NCBI GenBank assembly: GCA_965230265.1
Contig: OZ245999.1
Span: forward strand, 1,755,158 to 1,819,157
From: Wenzhouxiangellaceae bacterium
GTDB lineage: Bacteria; Pseudomonadota; Gammaproteobacteria; Xanthomonadales; Wenzhouxiangellaceae
Length of the DNA stretch: 64,000 bases
Direction: 5' to 3'
Shown here: positions 37,225-48,421 of the stretch, piece after piece
How positions within the stretch are numbered: position 1 is the first letter of the stretch
Layout: each line of letters starts with the position of its first letter
Notes under the pieces: model-generated
Databases searched by the model: none
Told to the model about the DNA's origin: nothing
What the model saw: only the letters and a program-made list of their open reading frames with translations
Made by a program: the position numbers and the translations under genes

Positions 37225-37815
37225 TCAACACATTTCGCTTTCGTTTGCCGGCAGCCAGGAATACAACCTGACCTGGTCATCTGTATTGGGCAAGCCGATC
37301 ATTTTGACATACTCAAATTCCAGTTTTTCCAGCAAACGAGTTGAATTTTGATTATCTGGTGAAGTAATGGCGACCACTTTATTTAAGCCCAAATCATACT
37401 GTGCGTGATGCATTACAGCTTTCGCTGATTCAATGGCATAGCCATAGCCACAGAACTCGGGCAAAAATGCGAAACCAATGTCCACATCATTCAAACCAGG
37501 GCGTTTCACCAGACCACAGATACCGATTGGTGCAGGCGGGTTCTGTGGGTCTGTTTTGCGCACCACCACATACATACCAAAACCATATTGTTTATAACTG
37601 GCGAGCATATTTTCGCTGATGTATTGCTCCGCATCGCCAGTGCTTCGCACGCCCCTGTCTCCGATATAGCGGATAAACCGTGGGTCATTCAGCATCTTCA
37701 GCATAAAGACCGCATCGTCAGTCGATACGTCCCGTAAAATTAACCTTGATGTTCCTAATCGTTGCATGCTCTCAGTGTAAGCCATTTGATGCTTGATCGC
37801 AGCACACATCAACAC
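37225..37815 (-). CDS. GNAT-family N-acetyltransferase (RimJ/RimL-like)
   Basis: The 'SxRLILRxxxxDD' N-terminus is followed by acetyl-CoA binding motifs ('IGICGL…GYGYAIESAKAVMHHA'). The start may be internal. Confidence 0.7.
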   Translation of the reverse strand: MLMCAAIKHQMAYTESMQRLGTSRLILRDVSTDDAVFMLKMLNDPRFIRYIGDRGVRSTGDAEQYISENMLASYKQYGFGMYVVVRKTDPQNPPAPIGICGLVKRPGLNDVDIGFAFLPEFCGYGYAIESAKAVMHHAQYDLGLNKVVAITSPDNQNSTRLLEKLEFEYVKMIGLPNTDDQVRLYSWLPANESEMC

Positions 37816-37946
37816 ATTCGCTTATGGTGTCAATGGCTTGGCAAAAATTCCTCAGCCTGCTGGTCTCAGGCACAAAAACAAAGTAACCTAAAACCAATAA
37901 AGGCTACCTGAATATGTGGCCAGCCGGAATATGTGGCCAGGGTTAT

Positions 37947-38591
37947 AAAATAATGATAAACAACGCTATCAAGCGCTATGTTTCGCCTGCTTTAATTCTG
38001 CTGATTCTAAGCAACCTGATTCCCATTTATTTGGTACTAAATGATCACTGGAGTGTCAGCCAGCTGGTTTTGTTATTTTGGTTGGAAAATATCATTATCG
38101 GGGTTATCAATATTTTTAAAATGCGAGCCTGTCAACCAGATAAACGGCCGCGCCATCAAAATGACCGAAGAAACATCACCTTTTTTGCTATCCATTATGG
38201 GGGTTTCACCTTAGTGCATGGTATTTTTGTGATGGTCTTCTTTTTTGTTATCGATTTCGATAACGGTCCAATTGCCGGTGATTATGGGCTGGCAGACACT
38301 TTCTCCAACAGTGATTTTTGGTGGGCTTTCATGGCACTGCTGCTAAGCCATGGCTTTTCTTATTATTGGCATTTTTATAAGGGCGGTGAGAGAAACAAAG
38401 AAACGGTTGATAGTTTGTTTTTTAAGCCTTATGGCCGAGTGGTGATTCTACATTTAACAATCATTCTCGGTGCATGGCTTGTCATCGCGCTAAAACAGCC
38501 AATATGGGCTTTATTGCTATTGGTTTTCCTCAAAATTTTGCTTGATGCAGCCGCCCACCTCTGGAGCCATAAGCACTCATCGTCTCATTAA
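37947..38591 (+). CDS. Hypothetical polytopic membrane protein
   Basis: About 214 aa with 5-6 TM helices. I chose the start at MINNAIK. Confidence 0.45.
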   Translation, partial: KIMINNAIKRYVSPALILLILSNLIPIYLVLNDHWSVSQLVLLFWLENIIIGVINIFKMRACQPDKRPRHQNDRRNITFFAIHYGGFTLVHGIFVMVFFFVIDFDNGPIAGDYGLADTFSNSDFWWAFMALLLSHGFSYYWHFYKGGERNKETVDSLFFKPYGRVVILHLTIILGAWLVIALKQPIWALLLLVFLKILLDAAAHLWSHKHSSSH

Positions 38592-39739
38592 CCCACCAGC
38601 CGGACCACCAAAAAGCCCAGATAAGTCCCTAACCCGTTGCCCAAGCTGCCAGCCAATATGCCCGGTAGCAATAAATCCATTCGCCTAAAAGTTTGTACCA
38701 ATGGCAATACCACTGTAGAACCACCGATATTGGCCGCTGACGCCACAGCCACCATCTCTGGCGGCTGTCGCAGCAAAACACCACCAGCAAAAAGTATCAA
38801 ACCGTGTATCAATACCGCCAAACCAACAAACAACAACAACAGCAGCCCCAGCTGACCCAACTCAATCATTGCTGATAATTCACAGTAAGCGCCTAAAGTT
38901 CCTAAAAATAAATAAGCACCATACATGCCCAGCATTTGTGTACCCTTCAGGCGCTGCACTACGGGCAGTTGTGCAGCAATTAGAGCCAATGTTGTCAAAA
39001 TCAAAATGGAGGGAGTGGAAAAACCCAACAAAGCCGACCAGGCACTAAGCTGCAGCGAGATCCAGTGCGCTGCAAAAGCCATTGCCAACAGTATCGCCAG
39101 GTCACCCATAGCAGGCCGATCACCATTATGGTTTTGCTGCTCTGCCTGGCTAGCAATAATAGGGTCATTTAATTGCGGGTGGCTGCGCATAACGCCATGA
39201 ATCAATCTGGGCATAATCAGCAAAGCAGTAATCCACACCACTGTCACGACATGATCAACCACGGTCGCTGCCACAAACAAGTTACCCTGTTCAACAAAAT
39301 TATAATGCAAAGCCAAAGCATTGAAATTGGCACCGCCACCAATATAGGTGGCCGTAAACATACCGCTCAATGGCCCGAACCACTCACCCAGCCAATCACT
39401 GCCACCAGTCACCCAGCCAGCAAACCATACACCACTCATCGTGGCCAGTGCGCCCACAACGAATAATGACAACATTGGCAAGCCAGCTTGTTTTAAAGCC
39501 GATATACGCACTTGCAATAATAAAAAGAAAATGGATACCGGTGCCCCCACAGAGATCAATAACCCGTATAGCGGCGGCGCATTGGAGGCTGAAGGGATCA
39601 CTCCTATATTGGCCAGTAGTGCTACCAGCAAAATCACCAGAATCGCCCCGCCAATGGCCCGCCCCACCGGCTTATCAGCCAACCAGTGTGCCAATGCCAC
39701 ACAGCTCAGCAATACCACCAAAATAAATAATTGATCCAT
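38588..39739 (-). CDS. Polytopic membrane protein (DUF819-like putative transporter)
   Basis: About 383 aa with 10-12 TM helices. It ends 4 nt inside the upstream gene. This is weak family recognition. Confidence 0.45.
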   Translation of the reverse strand: MDQLFILVVLLSCVALAHWLADKPVGRAIGGAILVILLVALLANIGVIPSASNAPPLYGLLISVGAPVSIFFLLLQVRISALKQAGLPMLSLFVVGALATMSGVWFAGWVTGGSDWLGEWFGPLSGMFTATYIGGGANFNALALHYNFVEQGNLFVAATVVDHVVTVVWITALLIMPRLIHGVMRSHPQLNDPIIASQAEQQNHNGDRPAMGDLAILLAMAFAAHWISLQLSAWSALLGFSTPSILILTTLALIAAQLPVVQRLKGTQMLGMYGAYLFLGTLGAYCELSAMIELGQLGLLLLLFVGLAVLIHGLILFAGGVLLRQPPEMVAVASAANIGGSTVVLPLVQTFRRMDLLLPGILAGSLGNGLGTYLGFLVVRLVG

Positions 39740-39903
39740 GATTGTATTCTTGACCACTTAATTCGAGCGCCAATGCATGCTAGCACAGCAACATTGATCA
39801 TCTGCTTTCTACAGCAATACCTCATACAGCAGCAATGTGATCATGAGTCATTGAGCACCCCGGTATTTGTGCTGAATTAGACCGATCTATACAATGCCCG
39901 CTG

Positions 39904-41817
39904 ATGATTCGCTGCACCGATCTAAGCCTGCGTCGAGGGGCTAACGAGCTGTTTTCCAATGCTGAGTTTTCTATTCAGCAAGGTGAACGTGTGGGTGTTA
40001 TTGGCAGCAATGGTTGCGGAAAATCCAGTTTGTTTGCCTTGTTGATGGGCGAGCTAAGTGCTGATACCGGTGAGCTAGATATCCCCAAACACTGGCGGAT
40101 CGCCATTATGCTGCAGGAAACTGGTCACACCACCAGCAGCGCATTGGATTATGTGATTGACGGTGATATGGAGCTGCGCAGCTTGCAAGCCAGCCTTACC
40201 AAAGCCGAACAGGCACAAGATAACCATGCCATCGCCAATATTCTGGGTGAACTGGACACCATTCAGGCTTATAACGCCGAAACCCGTGCCAGCCAGTTAC
40301 TTACCGGTCTGGGTTTTAAAACCGAGCAACTGGATAACCCCGTACAATCGTTTTCCGGCGGTTGGAGAATTCGATTGAACCTGGCCAAGGCATTGATGCG
40401 CCGTTCGGATCTATTATTGCTGGATGAGCCTACCAACCATTTGGATGTAGACGCTGTTGCCTGGCTGGAGAGCTGGCTGTTACGCTACCCTGGCACCTTG
40501 ATGCTGATTTCGCACGACCGGGACTTTCTGGACAACATCACCCGCCGGACCTTGCATTTCGAACGAGGCCGGATACAGGTTTACAAAGGCAATTACTCTG
40601 CTGCGGAACAACAAAAAGCAGAACGTCTGGCGCAACAGCAGGCCATGTATCTCAAACAGCAGGAGCGCATCAAACAAATTGATCAGTTTGTGCGTCGTTT
40701 CCGCTATAAAGCCAGCAAGGCCAAGCAGGCGCAAAGTCGTTTAAAGGAGCTGGATCGACTGGAAACCATTGAAGCTGCCCATGTGGATTCTCCTTTCAGT
40801 TTTTCGCTGCCCTGCTGGGAAAAACTGTCTGATCCGTTGGTGGATTTGCGTGAAGCCGATCTGGGCTATGGTGAAAACATCGTCATTGAGCAGGCCCGTA
40901 TCAGCATTCGCCCCGGCGATCGTATCGGTATTTTAGGCCCCAATGGTGCCGGAAAAACCACCTTATTAAAAAGCATTGCCGGACACCTGCCACTGGTCAA
41001 TGGCGACCGGGTTGTCGGTGATTATTTCCGCATAGGTTATTTTGCACAGCACCAGCTGGAAGCACTGGATATGCAGGCCAGCCCGATGCTGCATTTGCAG
41101 CGTTTAAACCAGCAAGCGAAAGAGCAGGAAATACGCAATTTTCTCGGTGGTTTTGGTTTTGGTGAACAGGCCACTGCCGACTCCATTGCACACTTTTCCG
41201 GCGGTGAAAAAGCCCGTTTGGCATTGGCGATTATTGCCTGGCAAAAACCCAATGTACTGATTCTGGATGAACCCACCAACCACCTGGATATGGACATGCG
41301 CCATGCATTGACGATGGCTTTGCAGCAGTATGAGGGGGCGGTGCTGCTGGTTTCACACGATCGACACTTATTGCGCAACACCGTTGATGACTTATTACTG
41401 GTTAATAACGCTCGAGTGGCCATTTTTGATGGCAGCCTGGGTGATTATCAAAAACAATTGCGAGAGCATTATCGAACCATCGACAAAAGCTCTGACAGCC
41501 GGCCCAGTGACAATACATCAATCACCGATAACAGAAAAGCCAAGCGCCAGCAGGCCGCAGAGATGCGTCAACAACTGCAGCCTTTAAGCAAAGCCATCAA
41601 AAAAACCGATCAGGAGTTAAACCAAGTCAGCAGTCAACTGGAAAAACTGGATACACTAATTGCTGATCCGGAAATATACACTGCAGAGAACTCGGATCAA
41701 TTGCAGCAACTATTAAAAGACCAGGGGAAGCTACGCTCACGTCAAACTGAGCTGGAACAGCAATGGCTGGAGCAACAAGAAGCACTGGAACAAGCCCAGC
41801 AAGCTTTAAACCAATAA
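39904..41817 (+). CDS. yheS: ABC-F family ATPase (YheS-like, tandem ABC domains, no TMD)
   Basis: Two full ABC cassettes (Walker A 'GSNGCGKSS' and 'GPNGAGKTT', signatures 'FSGGWRIRLNLA' and 'FSGGEKARLALA') plus a C-terminal coiled-coil tail. The 637 aa length equals that of E. coli YheS. Confidence 0.85.
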   Translation: MIRCTDLSLRRGANELFSNAEFSIQQGERVGVIGSNGCGKSSLFALLMGELSADTGELDIPKHWRIAIMLQETGHTTSSALDYVIDGDMELRSLQASLTKAEQAQDNHAIANILGELDTIQAYNAETRASQLLTGLGFKTEQLDNPVQSFSGGWRIRLNLAKALMRRSDLLLLDEPTNHLDVDAVAWLESWLLRYPGTLMLISHDRDFLDNITRRTLHFERGRIQVYKGNYSAAEQQKAERLAQQQAMYLKQQERIKQIDQFVRRFRYKASKAKQAQSRLKELDRLETIEAAHVDSPFSFSLPCWEKLSDPLVDLREADLGYGENIVIEQARISIRPGDRIGILGPNGAGKTTLLKSIAGHLPLVNGDRVVGDYFRIGYFAQHQLEALDMQASPMLHLQRLNQQAKEQEIRNFLGGFGFGEQATADSIAHFSGGEKARLALAIIAWQKPNVLILDEPTNHLDMDMRHALTMALQQYEGAVLLVSHDRHLLRNTVDDLLLVNNARVAIFDGSLGDYQKQLREHYRTIDKSSDSRPSDNTSITDNRKAKRQQAAEMRQQLQPLSKAIKKTDQELNQVSSQLEKLDTLIADPEIYTAENSDQLQQLLKDQGKLRSRQTELEQQWLEQQEALEQAQQALNQ

Positions 41818-41825
41818 TTCCGTAT

Positions 41826-42725
41826 TCAAGTCGGTATCCGCTGCCGCCAGTTTCTGAACACAGGATCCAGAGAAAAAATCAGCAGCGCCAGCCAAATTCC
41901 GCCAAAAGCAATCTTATGCCCAAAGGTAAAGGCTTCCTGGAATAGAAATACCGCCAGCAGAAAACTGATGGAAGGTGCGAGGTATTGAAAAAAACCAATC
42001 ACCGTCAGGCTCAGTCGCTTGGCAGCATAGGCAAAACCAATCAATGGCAGTACAGTCACCAACCCGGAAAAAATCAGTAACAGCATATTTAAAGGGCCGT
42101 CATTGAGAAACGTTAAAGTCTCATTGTGGAATAACCCAGATAGATACAGGCAAGCAGGAAGGCTCAATAATATGGTCTCCCATAACAGCCCTACCATCGG
42201 CCCAACATCCAATTGCTTACGTATCAGACCATAAAAACCAAAACTGAATGCCAACATCAGCGCTATCCATGGGGGTTGCCCCAGGTAAATACCCAGGTAA
42301 ACCGTGGCAGAGCCTGCAATGATTACGGCTATCCAACGTGCTGGTGTTAAACGCTCACCCAAAAACAGCATGCCCAGCAATACATTAATCAATGGGTTAA
42401 TAAAATACCCTAGACTGGTAGCCAGCACCTGATCATTCACCACTGCCCATACAAACAACAACCAGTTAAACGCCACCAGTGTGCCGCTCAATGCCAGCCA
42501 GGCAATGGTTTTTTTAGGAATACGCAAACGCTGCCAGAACTGTACCCCATCACGCAGCAACAAAAACCCTGCAACAAAAAAGATTGACCAGATTATTCGG
42601 TGCGCAATAATTTCATACGGCAAGACCCCACCCAACCATTTGAAATAAATCGGTGCAACGCCCCAAAAGGCGAAGGTCAACAAGGCGACTATAACGCCTT
42701 GACGGTGTGAGGATGACTCGGGCAT
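41826..42725 (-). CDS. rarD: EamA-family transporter RarD
   Basis: 299 aa with 10 TM helices. The RarD-like N-terminus is 'GxxxALxAFxxWGxxPIYFK'. Confidence 0.75.
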   Translation of the reverse strand: MPESSSHRQGVIVALLTFAFWGVAPIYFKWLGGVLPYEIIAHRIIWSIFFVAGFLLLRDGVQFWQRLRIPKKTIAWLALSGTLVAFNWLLFVWAVVNDQVLATSLGYFINPLINVLLGMLFLGERLTPARWIAVIIAGSATVYLGIYLGQPPWIALMLAFSFGFYGLIRKQLDVGPMVGLLWETILLSLPACLYLSGLFHNETLTFLNDGPLNMLLLIFSGLVTVLPLIGFAYAAKRLSLTVIGFFQYLAPSISFLLAVFLFQEAFTFGHKIAFGGIWLALLIFSLDPVFRNWRQRIPT

Positions 42726-42945
42726 TGACGGTTAATATAAATGGCAATGCCTATGATACCGCATGTGGCTTCTTGTCGATATGACACATACTGATGAAGA
42801 CCTTGCCTGGCATAGCTACCAGATAGCTTACTTGTCAGCCCTAAAGCATAAACTCAAAGAGCCAGGTATACTGGATGGGTAAAATCGAAAGCCCCCAACT
42901 GGGAGCTTTCAATGTAATGACAGACATTGCTCAGAGCCAATTAAA

Positions 42946-43021
42946 GCGGGAGTAACTCAGATGGTAGAGTGCAAGCTTCCCAAGCTTGATGTCGCGGGTT
43001 CGATCCCCGTCTCCCGCTCCA
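42946..43021 (+). tRNA. tRNA-Gly (anticodon CCC)
   Basis: GCGGGAG-TA-ACTC…GAGT-G-CAAGC-TTCCCAA-GCTTG-ATGTC-GCGGG-TTCGATC-CCCGT-CTCCCGC-T-CCA. It is a full cloverleaf with encoded CCA. Confidence 0.85.
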
Positions 43022-43054
43022 GCTATATCTCTAGCAACCGAAACCATTGATTGC

Positions 43055-43744
43055 TCATGACTGTTTGATCTGATGCAACGGCCCCCACAACATCTGAATA
43101 CCAATGATCAAATACCAGACGCAGTGAAGCACCACAACCATCGTCATACCTGTAACATCCAAATGAAGATAACCACTGAGTAATAACAATACTGGCAGCA
43201 CACCCGCGAAAATGCCAAGCACACCGGTCACTCGTGCAACACCCGTGTGCGTGATCAATGCACCACCCCAGGCCAGAATAGCCAGTGATGTGCCTATTAA
43301 ACCAAGGTTGGCGAATGCCTGATTGACCACCCAGCTAATTCGTAGCAGGTTTCTGCCCTGCTCCATTTGTGCAGTGGATGTACCTGCAAATATCTCTGCA
43401 ATTTCCGGCGCAACAAAACCACTGGCAATGGCTGCTAGGCTGTATCCGAATATACCAACACTAAACATCAGTAGACCCGTAACAGGCAGTAAACGATGAT
43501 GCCCCAAGCGCACTGTCAACCCGTATGCTGCAAGCCACCAGCCCATCATTACGACAATTAATAAACCATGCACCCAGGCTGATAGCATGCCTTTATCACG
43601 CAACTCTGCCAGCATCTTCGCAGTTTCATGCGAGCTGGTACTGGGATGATGTAACATAAACACTATAGCCAGCACTGCGCCAACAACCCAGAGCCAACCA
43701 GCCGCAGGAATTAATCGTGATTCGGATAATGTATTCATAATCAT
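43055..43744 (-). CDS. Hypothetical membrane protein
   Basis: 229 aa with 6 TM helices, divergent from the TetR gene. It is a likely regulated partner of that regulator. Confidence 0.45.
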   Translation of the reverse strand: MIMNTLSESRLIPAAGWLWVVGAVLAIVFMLHHPSTSSHETAKMLAELRDKGMLSAWVHGLLIVVMMGWWLAAYGLTVRLGHHRLLPVTGLLMFSVGIFGYSLAAIASGFVAPEIAEIFAGTSTAQMEQGRNLLRISWVVNQAFANLGLIGTSLAILAWGGALITHTGVARVTGVLGIFAGVLPVLLLLSGYLHLDVTGMTMVVVLHCVWYLIIGIQMLWGPLHQIKQS

Positions 43745-43901
43745 GTACTCTTTAATTATTAATCAATAGCAAGATGGATCATCAATATGTTCAAGCTTTT
43801 GACCAACAGCTCGATCATTAGCTGCACAATCTGCAATAAGTGGATTGACAATGGAAGCTTTTTAAAACGTTAATGGACAAACATCTGATATTGTCCGATA
43901 A

Positions 43902-44459
43902 ATGAATCACTCTCACCCCATAGAATCAACCGACAGCCGGATACAGCGGACGCGGCAGATCCTTTTTCAGGCATTTTCAGAGCTGGTTTTATCGCGGCCT
44001 TATCAAGACATTCGGGTTGCCGATATTATCGAACGAGCGGGCATTGCGCGTTCGACTTTTTATCAACACTATCAAAATAAAGACGATATTCTGGTAGACA
44101 GCATGACAGGCATGCTGGAAACAATTGCAGATTCGGCAATAGGACGTGCTGACCACAACCAACTGGCTTTTATTCTGGAACACTTTTGGGAAAACCGGCG
44201 TTTGGGCAGAATCATCCTGAATGCGCCGCCTTATAAACGAATTATTCGACAATTATCAGTGATGATTGAACTTCGTTGGGAAAATTCAGCCAAGCATCAA
44301 AATGCGCCTGTTGCAAAACCATTCGACCCAACTTTTCCCATTCGAATGCAATCTATCCAGCTGGCCGAAAAACAGTTTACCGTTATCCGTGAGTGGTTAT
44401 CAGGTACTGCTGCCTGCTCTGCGGATGATCTTGCACGTTATCTGCTGACCCAACCTTAA
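43902..44459 (+). CDS. TetR/AcrR-family transcriptional regulator
   Basis: N-terminal HTH 'VADIIERAGIARSTFYQHYQNKDDIL'. Confidence 0.8.
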   Translation: MNHSHPIESTDSRIQRTRQILFQAFSELVLSRPYQDIRVADIIERAGIARSTFYQHYQNKDDILVDSMTGMLETIADSAIGRADHNQLAFILEHFWENRRLGRIILNAPPYKRIIRQLSVMIELRWENSAKHQNAPVAKPFDPTFPIRMQSIQLAEKQFTVIREWLSGTAACSADDLARYLLTQP

Positions 44460-44493
44460 TTGCCTGTCAGATTGTTGCAAATGATTGAACCTT

Positions 44494-44982
44494 CTATGGG
44501 TAGACCCGGCATAAGCCCTGTCCTTTAATCACTTTTTGCATCTGCAATCTAATCAGTGCTCGAGCAGCCACATAATTGCCATGATGCAGTGAATACAAGC
44601 AGTCACTGGATTCAGCAATAACGGTAATACTAAAGTTATCATCAGGCCTTACTGTGATACTTTTAATCTTCAACACGTTTGACTCAAGCGGTAACTTGAA
44701 CTCATGGTTCTCATAATGAGGCATACCAGTGCTGGCACAGTGGCTGGGCACATTACCAGGTTTACTCAAATTAGAGCAGTCCAGAAACCTTTTACTCTGA
44801 TTGTCTTCTTGCCGAGAAAAATTATTGACCTTCACAGCCAAACCATACATGTTCGCTACAAAAGCATTGTCCGGAAACACCAACTCAAACGCTATAAACT
44901 GGCTCTCACCAGAACCCTTCTCTAATGCGCTGCAACCCATTAACAAAAGCGCCCATGCGACAAACGTTATGAATTTTCTCAT
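44494..44982 (-). CDS. Hypothetical lipoprotein
   Basis: Lipobox 'LLMGCSA'. No recognised domain. Confidence 0.45.
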   Translation of the reverse strand: MRKFITFVAWALLLMGCSALEKGSGESQFIAFELVFPDNAFVANMYGLAVKVNNFSRQEDNQSKRFLDCSNLSKPGNVPSHCASTGMPHYENHEFKLPLESNVLKIKSITVRPDDNFSITVIAESSDCLYSLHHGNYVAARALIRLQMQKVIKGQGLCRVYP

Positions 44983-45234
44983 TGCTTTTTCTAGCGTTTT
45001 TTAACCACTAAAATAAATTTTATCATTACTTATATAGAAATATGATTCTCACCCTTTTGCAAAAAATCGCATTGATTGGCTTGTCGATATGATTCAGTCA
45101 TCTAAATTAGAAACCAACCTCTGATTATTTTTCAAGCAGTGTTTATGCTGTTTAAATCGCGAAAAATAAAACCTCAAATTTAAGAAATGGATTTCCAGAT
45201 AAGCAAAACGCTATCGTGTCTCATCAATTGGTGT

Positions 45235-46641
45235 TTACTTTTTACCTCCTGACGCCGAACCTGATTTACTCCGCCCAGCCCAAGGGTTATTCGTCGATGC
45301 GACATTGCTTGAAGCTTTCATTGACTGCCTGTTCTTCGATTTATTTCTACTATTCTTGCCCGGTCTGTTTGAACCTGGTGCCTTTTGGCTGTTTCTTTTC
45401 TGACCAGACGACTTGCCATTACGCCCCTTTGCTTGCCGATGTTTGAGCCCACGACGCTGATTATTCTGCGGTTTCTTCAAAGGCTCTGGTTGAATAGTAG
45501 GGTCTGGTTCATAGCCTGCTAATACAACTTTGGGTATTTCACGTTTTAATAGCTTTTCAATATCTGCCAGGTGCTTTTGTTCATCCACGCAAACCAGAGA
45601 AACCGCTTCACCATCTTTGCCTGCACGACCAGTACGACCTATACGGTGCACATAATCTTCCGGCACATTGGGTAACTCATAATTCACGACATGCGGCAAT
45701 TGATCGATATCCAGACCACGGGCGGCAATATCAGTAGCGACCAATACCCGAATTTGACCATTTTTAAAGCCTTCCAATGCCCGGGTGCGTGCGCCCTGGC
45801 TTTTGTTGCCATGTATGGCATCGGCACGCAGACCATCCTGCACCAATTGTTTAGCCAAGCGGTTAGCGCCATGCTTGGTGCGAGTGAACACCAATACCTG
45901 GCGCCAGTTATTAGAACCAATCATATGGCTCAATAGTTCACGTTTACGGCTTTTATCCACTGGGTGAATAACCTGTGCGATCAGCTCTGCAGCGGTATTA
46001 CGGCGTGCAACCTCGATTAATTCAGGTTGATTCAACAGGCGATCTGCCAGTTGTTTAATTTCTTTTGAAAAAGTGGCTGAGAACAACAAGTTCTGACGCT
46101 TACGGGTATCTGGCATTAACGCCAGTAACTTGCGAATATCATGGATAAAGCCCATATCCAACATACGATCGGCTTCATCCAGGACTAAAATTTCCACTCG
46201 AGATAAGTCCACGGTGCGCTGACCGGCATGGTCCAGTAAGCGACCTGGTGTAGCCACTAGAATATCGACACCACGTTGCAGCTTTTGAATTTGTGGGTTA
46301 ATTTTGACACCGCCAAAAATAACCGCTGATTTTAATGGTAGATAACGGCCATAATCGATGACGCTTTGCTCTACCTGTGCAGCCAATTCACGCGTCGGGG
46401 TCAACACCAGTGCACGCACCGGACGCCGGCCATTACTGGCTTTGTTGTTGTATAAGCGGTGCAATAACGGCAGAGTAAAACCAGCTGTTTTACCTGTCCC
46501 GGTCTGAGCACCAGCGAGTACGTCCCTGCCCGCCATAATTACAGGAATAGCCTGATTCTGAATAGGGGTAGGGTCGGTATAGCCCTGCTCACTAATGGCG
46601 CGCAGCAGTTCAGCCGATAGGCCGAGAGTATCAAATGACAT
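45235..46641 (-). CDS. rhlE: ATP-dependent DEAD-box RNA helicase RhlE
   Basis: Q-motif, 'AQTGTGKT', 'PTRELA', 'DEAD', 'SAT' and '[10 protein letters not shown]' are present, with an R/K/N/S-rich C-terminal tail. There is a long (~330 nt) 5' leader. Confidence 0.9.
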   Translation of the reverse strand: MSFDTLGLSAELLRAISEQGYTDPTPIQNQAIPVIMAGRDVLAGAQTGTGKTAGFTLPLLHRLYNNKASNGRRPVRALVLTPTRELAAQVEQSVIDYGRYLPLKSAVIFGGVKINPQIQKLQRGVDILVATPGRLLDHAGQRTVDLSRVEILVLDEADRMLDMGFIHDIRKLLALMPDTRKRQNLLFSATFSKEIKQLADRLLNQPELIEVARRNTAAELIAQVIHPVDKSRKRELLSHMIGSNNWRQVLVFTRTKHGANRLAKQLVQDGLRADAIHGNKSQGARTRALEGFKNGQIRVLVATDIAARGLDIDQLPHVVNYELPNVPEDYVHRIGRTGRAGKDGEAVSLVCVDEQKHLADIEKLLKREIPKVVLAGYEPDPTIQPEPLKKPQNNQRRGLKHRQAKGRNGKSSGQKRNSQKAPGSNRPGKNSRNKSKNRQSMKASSNVASTNNPWAGRSKSGSASGGKK

Positions 46642-46976
46642 TAGAATTTAGCTCCAGTGTTGCCATTCGATTCGCATCACTGCGTTCGAGAGCCGGCCCA
46701 GGCTGTGTAAGGGGTTGCTTAAAATCAAGCGGGAGGCCCCGATGTTAAAGGGCGAACGGCTCAAGCGGTTTTCCGCGGCTGTGCCGCAATGGGTGCTAAC
46801 CGGTCAAACACCCGAAAACATGTATTATAACAGACCTATGAGTCAATGTTGTTGACATAAAAACCTTTCATTCAGTCCCGCCGCGATTAAACAACCATCA
46901 ACAATCAGCATTTTTTAGCCGTCTTATGCCGTTGAAAAGACAAAGCCAGTTACCCAGTGCCTCAGACTTCTTGGGG

Positions 46977-48203
46977 CTATAATGGTGGGCAGACAATGCT
47001 TTGCCCCTCAAAGCCATTGTCCAGCAATGTCTCTATTACCACACTGCCCAGCAGTAGATAGTCGCTACCACCAAATACGCCAAGGTAAAGATCTACCGCA
47101 CCATCACGATTGACATCTCTGGCTTCAATATCAATACCGCTGCCTGTGGCTGTTGCCGGTAAAACCTGATCAGTGGCTTCGGTATAATTACCTACCCCAT
47201 CATTTAGCATTGCCTGGAAAGTGCCGTCAAAAGCCGTGGCAAACAATAAGTCCAGATCGTTATCACCATCAACATCCAGAAAGTCCGCATCCACCGAGTT
47301 AATATTAAACGCCGGCAGTGATGCCGCACTGATATCTGTAAACCCACCACAGCCATTGTTTCGTAATAACCGGTTGCGACCAGTGCTGCCTGCAGCAAAA
47401 CTCACATTGGCCAAGACCAGATCCAAATCACCATCGTTGTCGATATCGCCAAGATCAGCTTCACGGGTTTCTTCGCCAGCCACTAATGGAAAATTCCCCG
47501 CTGCTGTATCGCTAAACACACCACTGCCATTGTTCAGCCATAGACGGTTACCATTTTCGTTACCAACCACTATGTCAATATCACCATCACTATCAACATC
47601 GCCTGCCTCCAGATCCTGAGTAATCTCATTATTTACTGGCAAGCGTGCTGCTGTTTGATCAGCAAAGACGCCATTCCCATCATTGATCAGTAAAACATTG
47701 GCACCCGCATTACCAATCATAATGTCCAGATCGTTATCATGATCCAGATCCGCGGCCAATACTGCATTGGAGGTTCTGGTAACACCCAGTCTGGCCGTTT
47801 CATCCGTGTAGCTGCCATTGCCTGCATTGAAATACAGTTCATTGATCTGGTCATCTTCTGCAACAAACAACACATCCGGGTCGTTATCACGATCATAGTC
47901 AGCAATGGCAATATCCTCACTATCATGCGAAGGCTGTGGTTGTGGAAATGCAGCATCTGAGGCATCGCTGAAAATACCATTGCCATCATTGATCAGCAGG
48001 ATATTGGTACAAAATTCACAGGCAATAAAAATATCCAGATCACCATCAGCATCGACATCCGCCATTTCCACATCCATGCTATTGCCTGCTAATGCAGCCA
48101 ATGGCAAATGAGTAGCAGATACATCGGTATAAATTGAACCACAGTAGCCGTTGACTGCAGCTGACAACAGCAGCATGAGCATGTATCTCCAATAGTGCTG
48201 CAT
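46977..48203 (-). CDS. Secreted FG-GAP / VCBS repeat (integrin-alpha-like beta-propeller) protein
   Basis: At least 6 repeats of 'D(V/L)DxDGDxDIxxxN' Ca-binding FG-GAP blades. I re-assigned the start to ATG 48203 (GGAG RBS, signal peptide MQHYWRYMLMLLLSAA). Confidence 0.7.
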   Translation of the reverse strand: MQHYWRYMLMLLLSAAVNGYCGSIYTDVSATHLPLAALAGNSMDVEMADVDADGDLDIFIACEFCTNILLINDGNGIFSDASDAAFPQPQPSHDSEDIAIADYDRDNDPDVLFVAEDDQINELYFNAGNGSYTDETARLGVTRTSNAVLAADLDHDNDLDIMIGNAGANVLLINDGNGVFADQTAARLPVNNEITQDLEAGDVDSDGDIDIVVGNENGNRLWLNNGSGVFSDTAAGNFPLVAGEETREADLGDIDNDGDLDLVLANVSFAAGSTGRNRLLRNNGCGGFTDISAASLPAFNINSVDADFLDVDGDNDLDLLFATAFDGTFQAMLNDGVGNYTEATDQVLPATATGSGIDIEARDVNRDGAVDLYLGVFGGSDYLLLGSVVIETLLDNGFEGQSIVCPPL

Positions 48204-48421
48204 CTTATAGCTCCAAATAAACCCGTTTAATGGTAATGCTGCCAGATTTTCCATTCCAATAATAGGGACTTCTTAAGGAAACCCATCACCCCTGATAATG
48301 ACTTTGATGAGTCTGAAAACATCACCGCTATCGTGTCTTATGATGATACGCCTAAAAACTGGTTGCATTGATATACGAAAATGTTAGTATTAAGCCACTT
48401 CATTACCAGGGAAAATACATT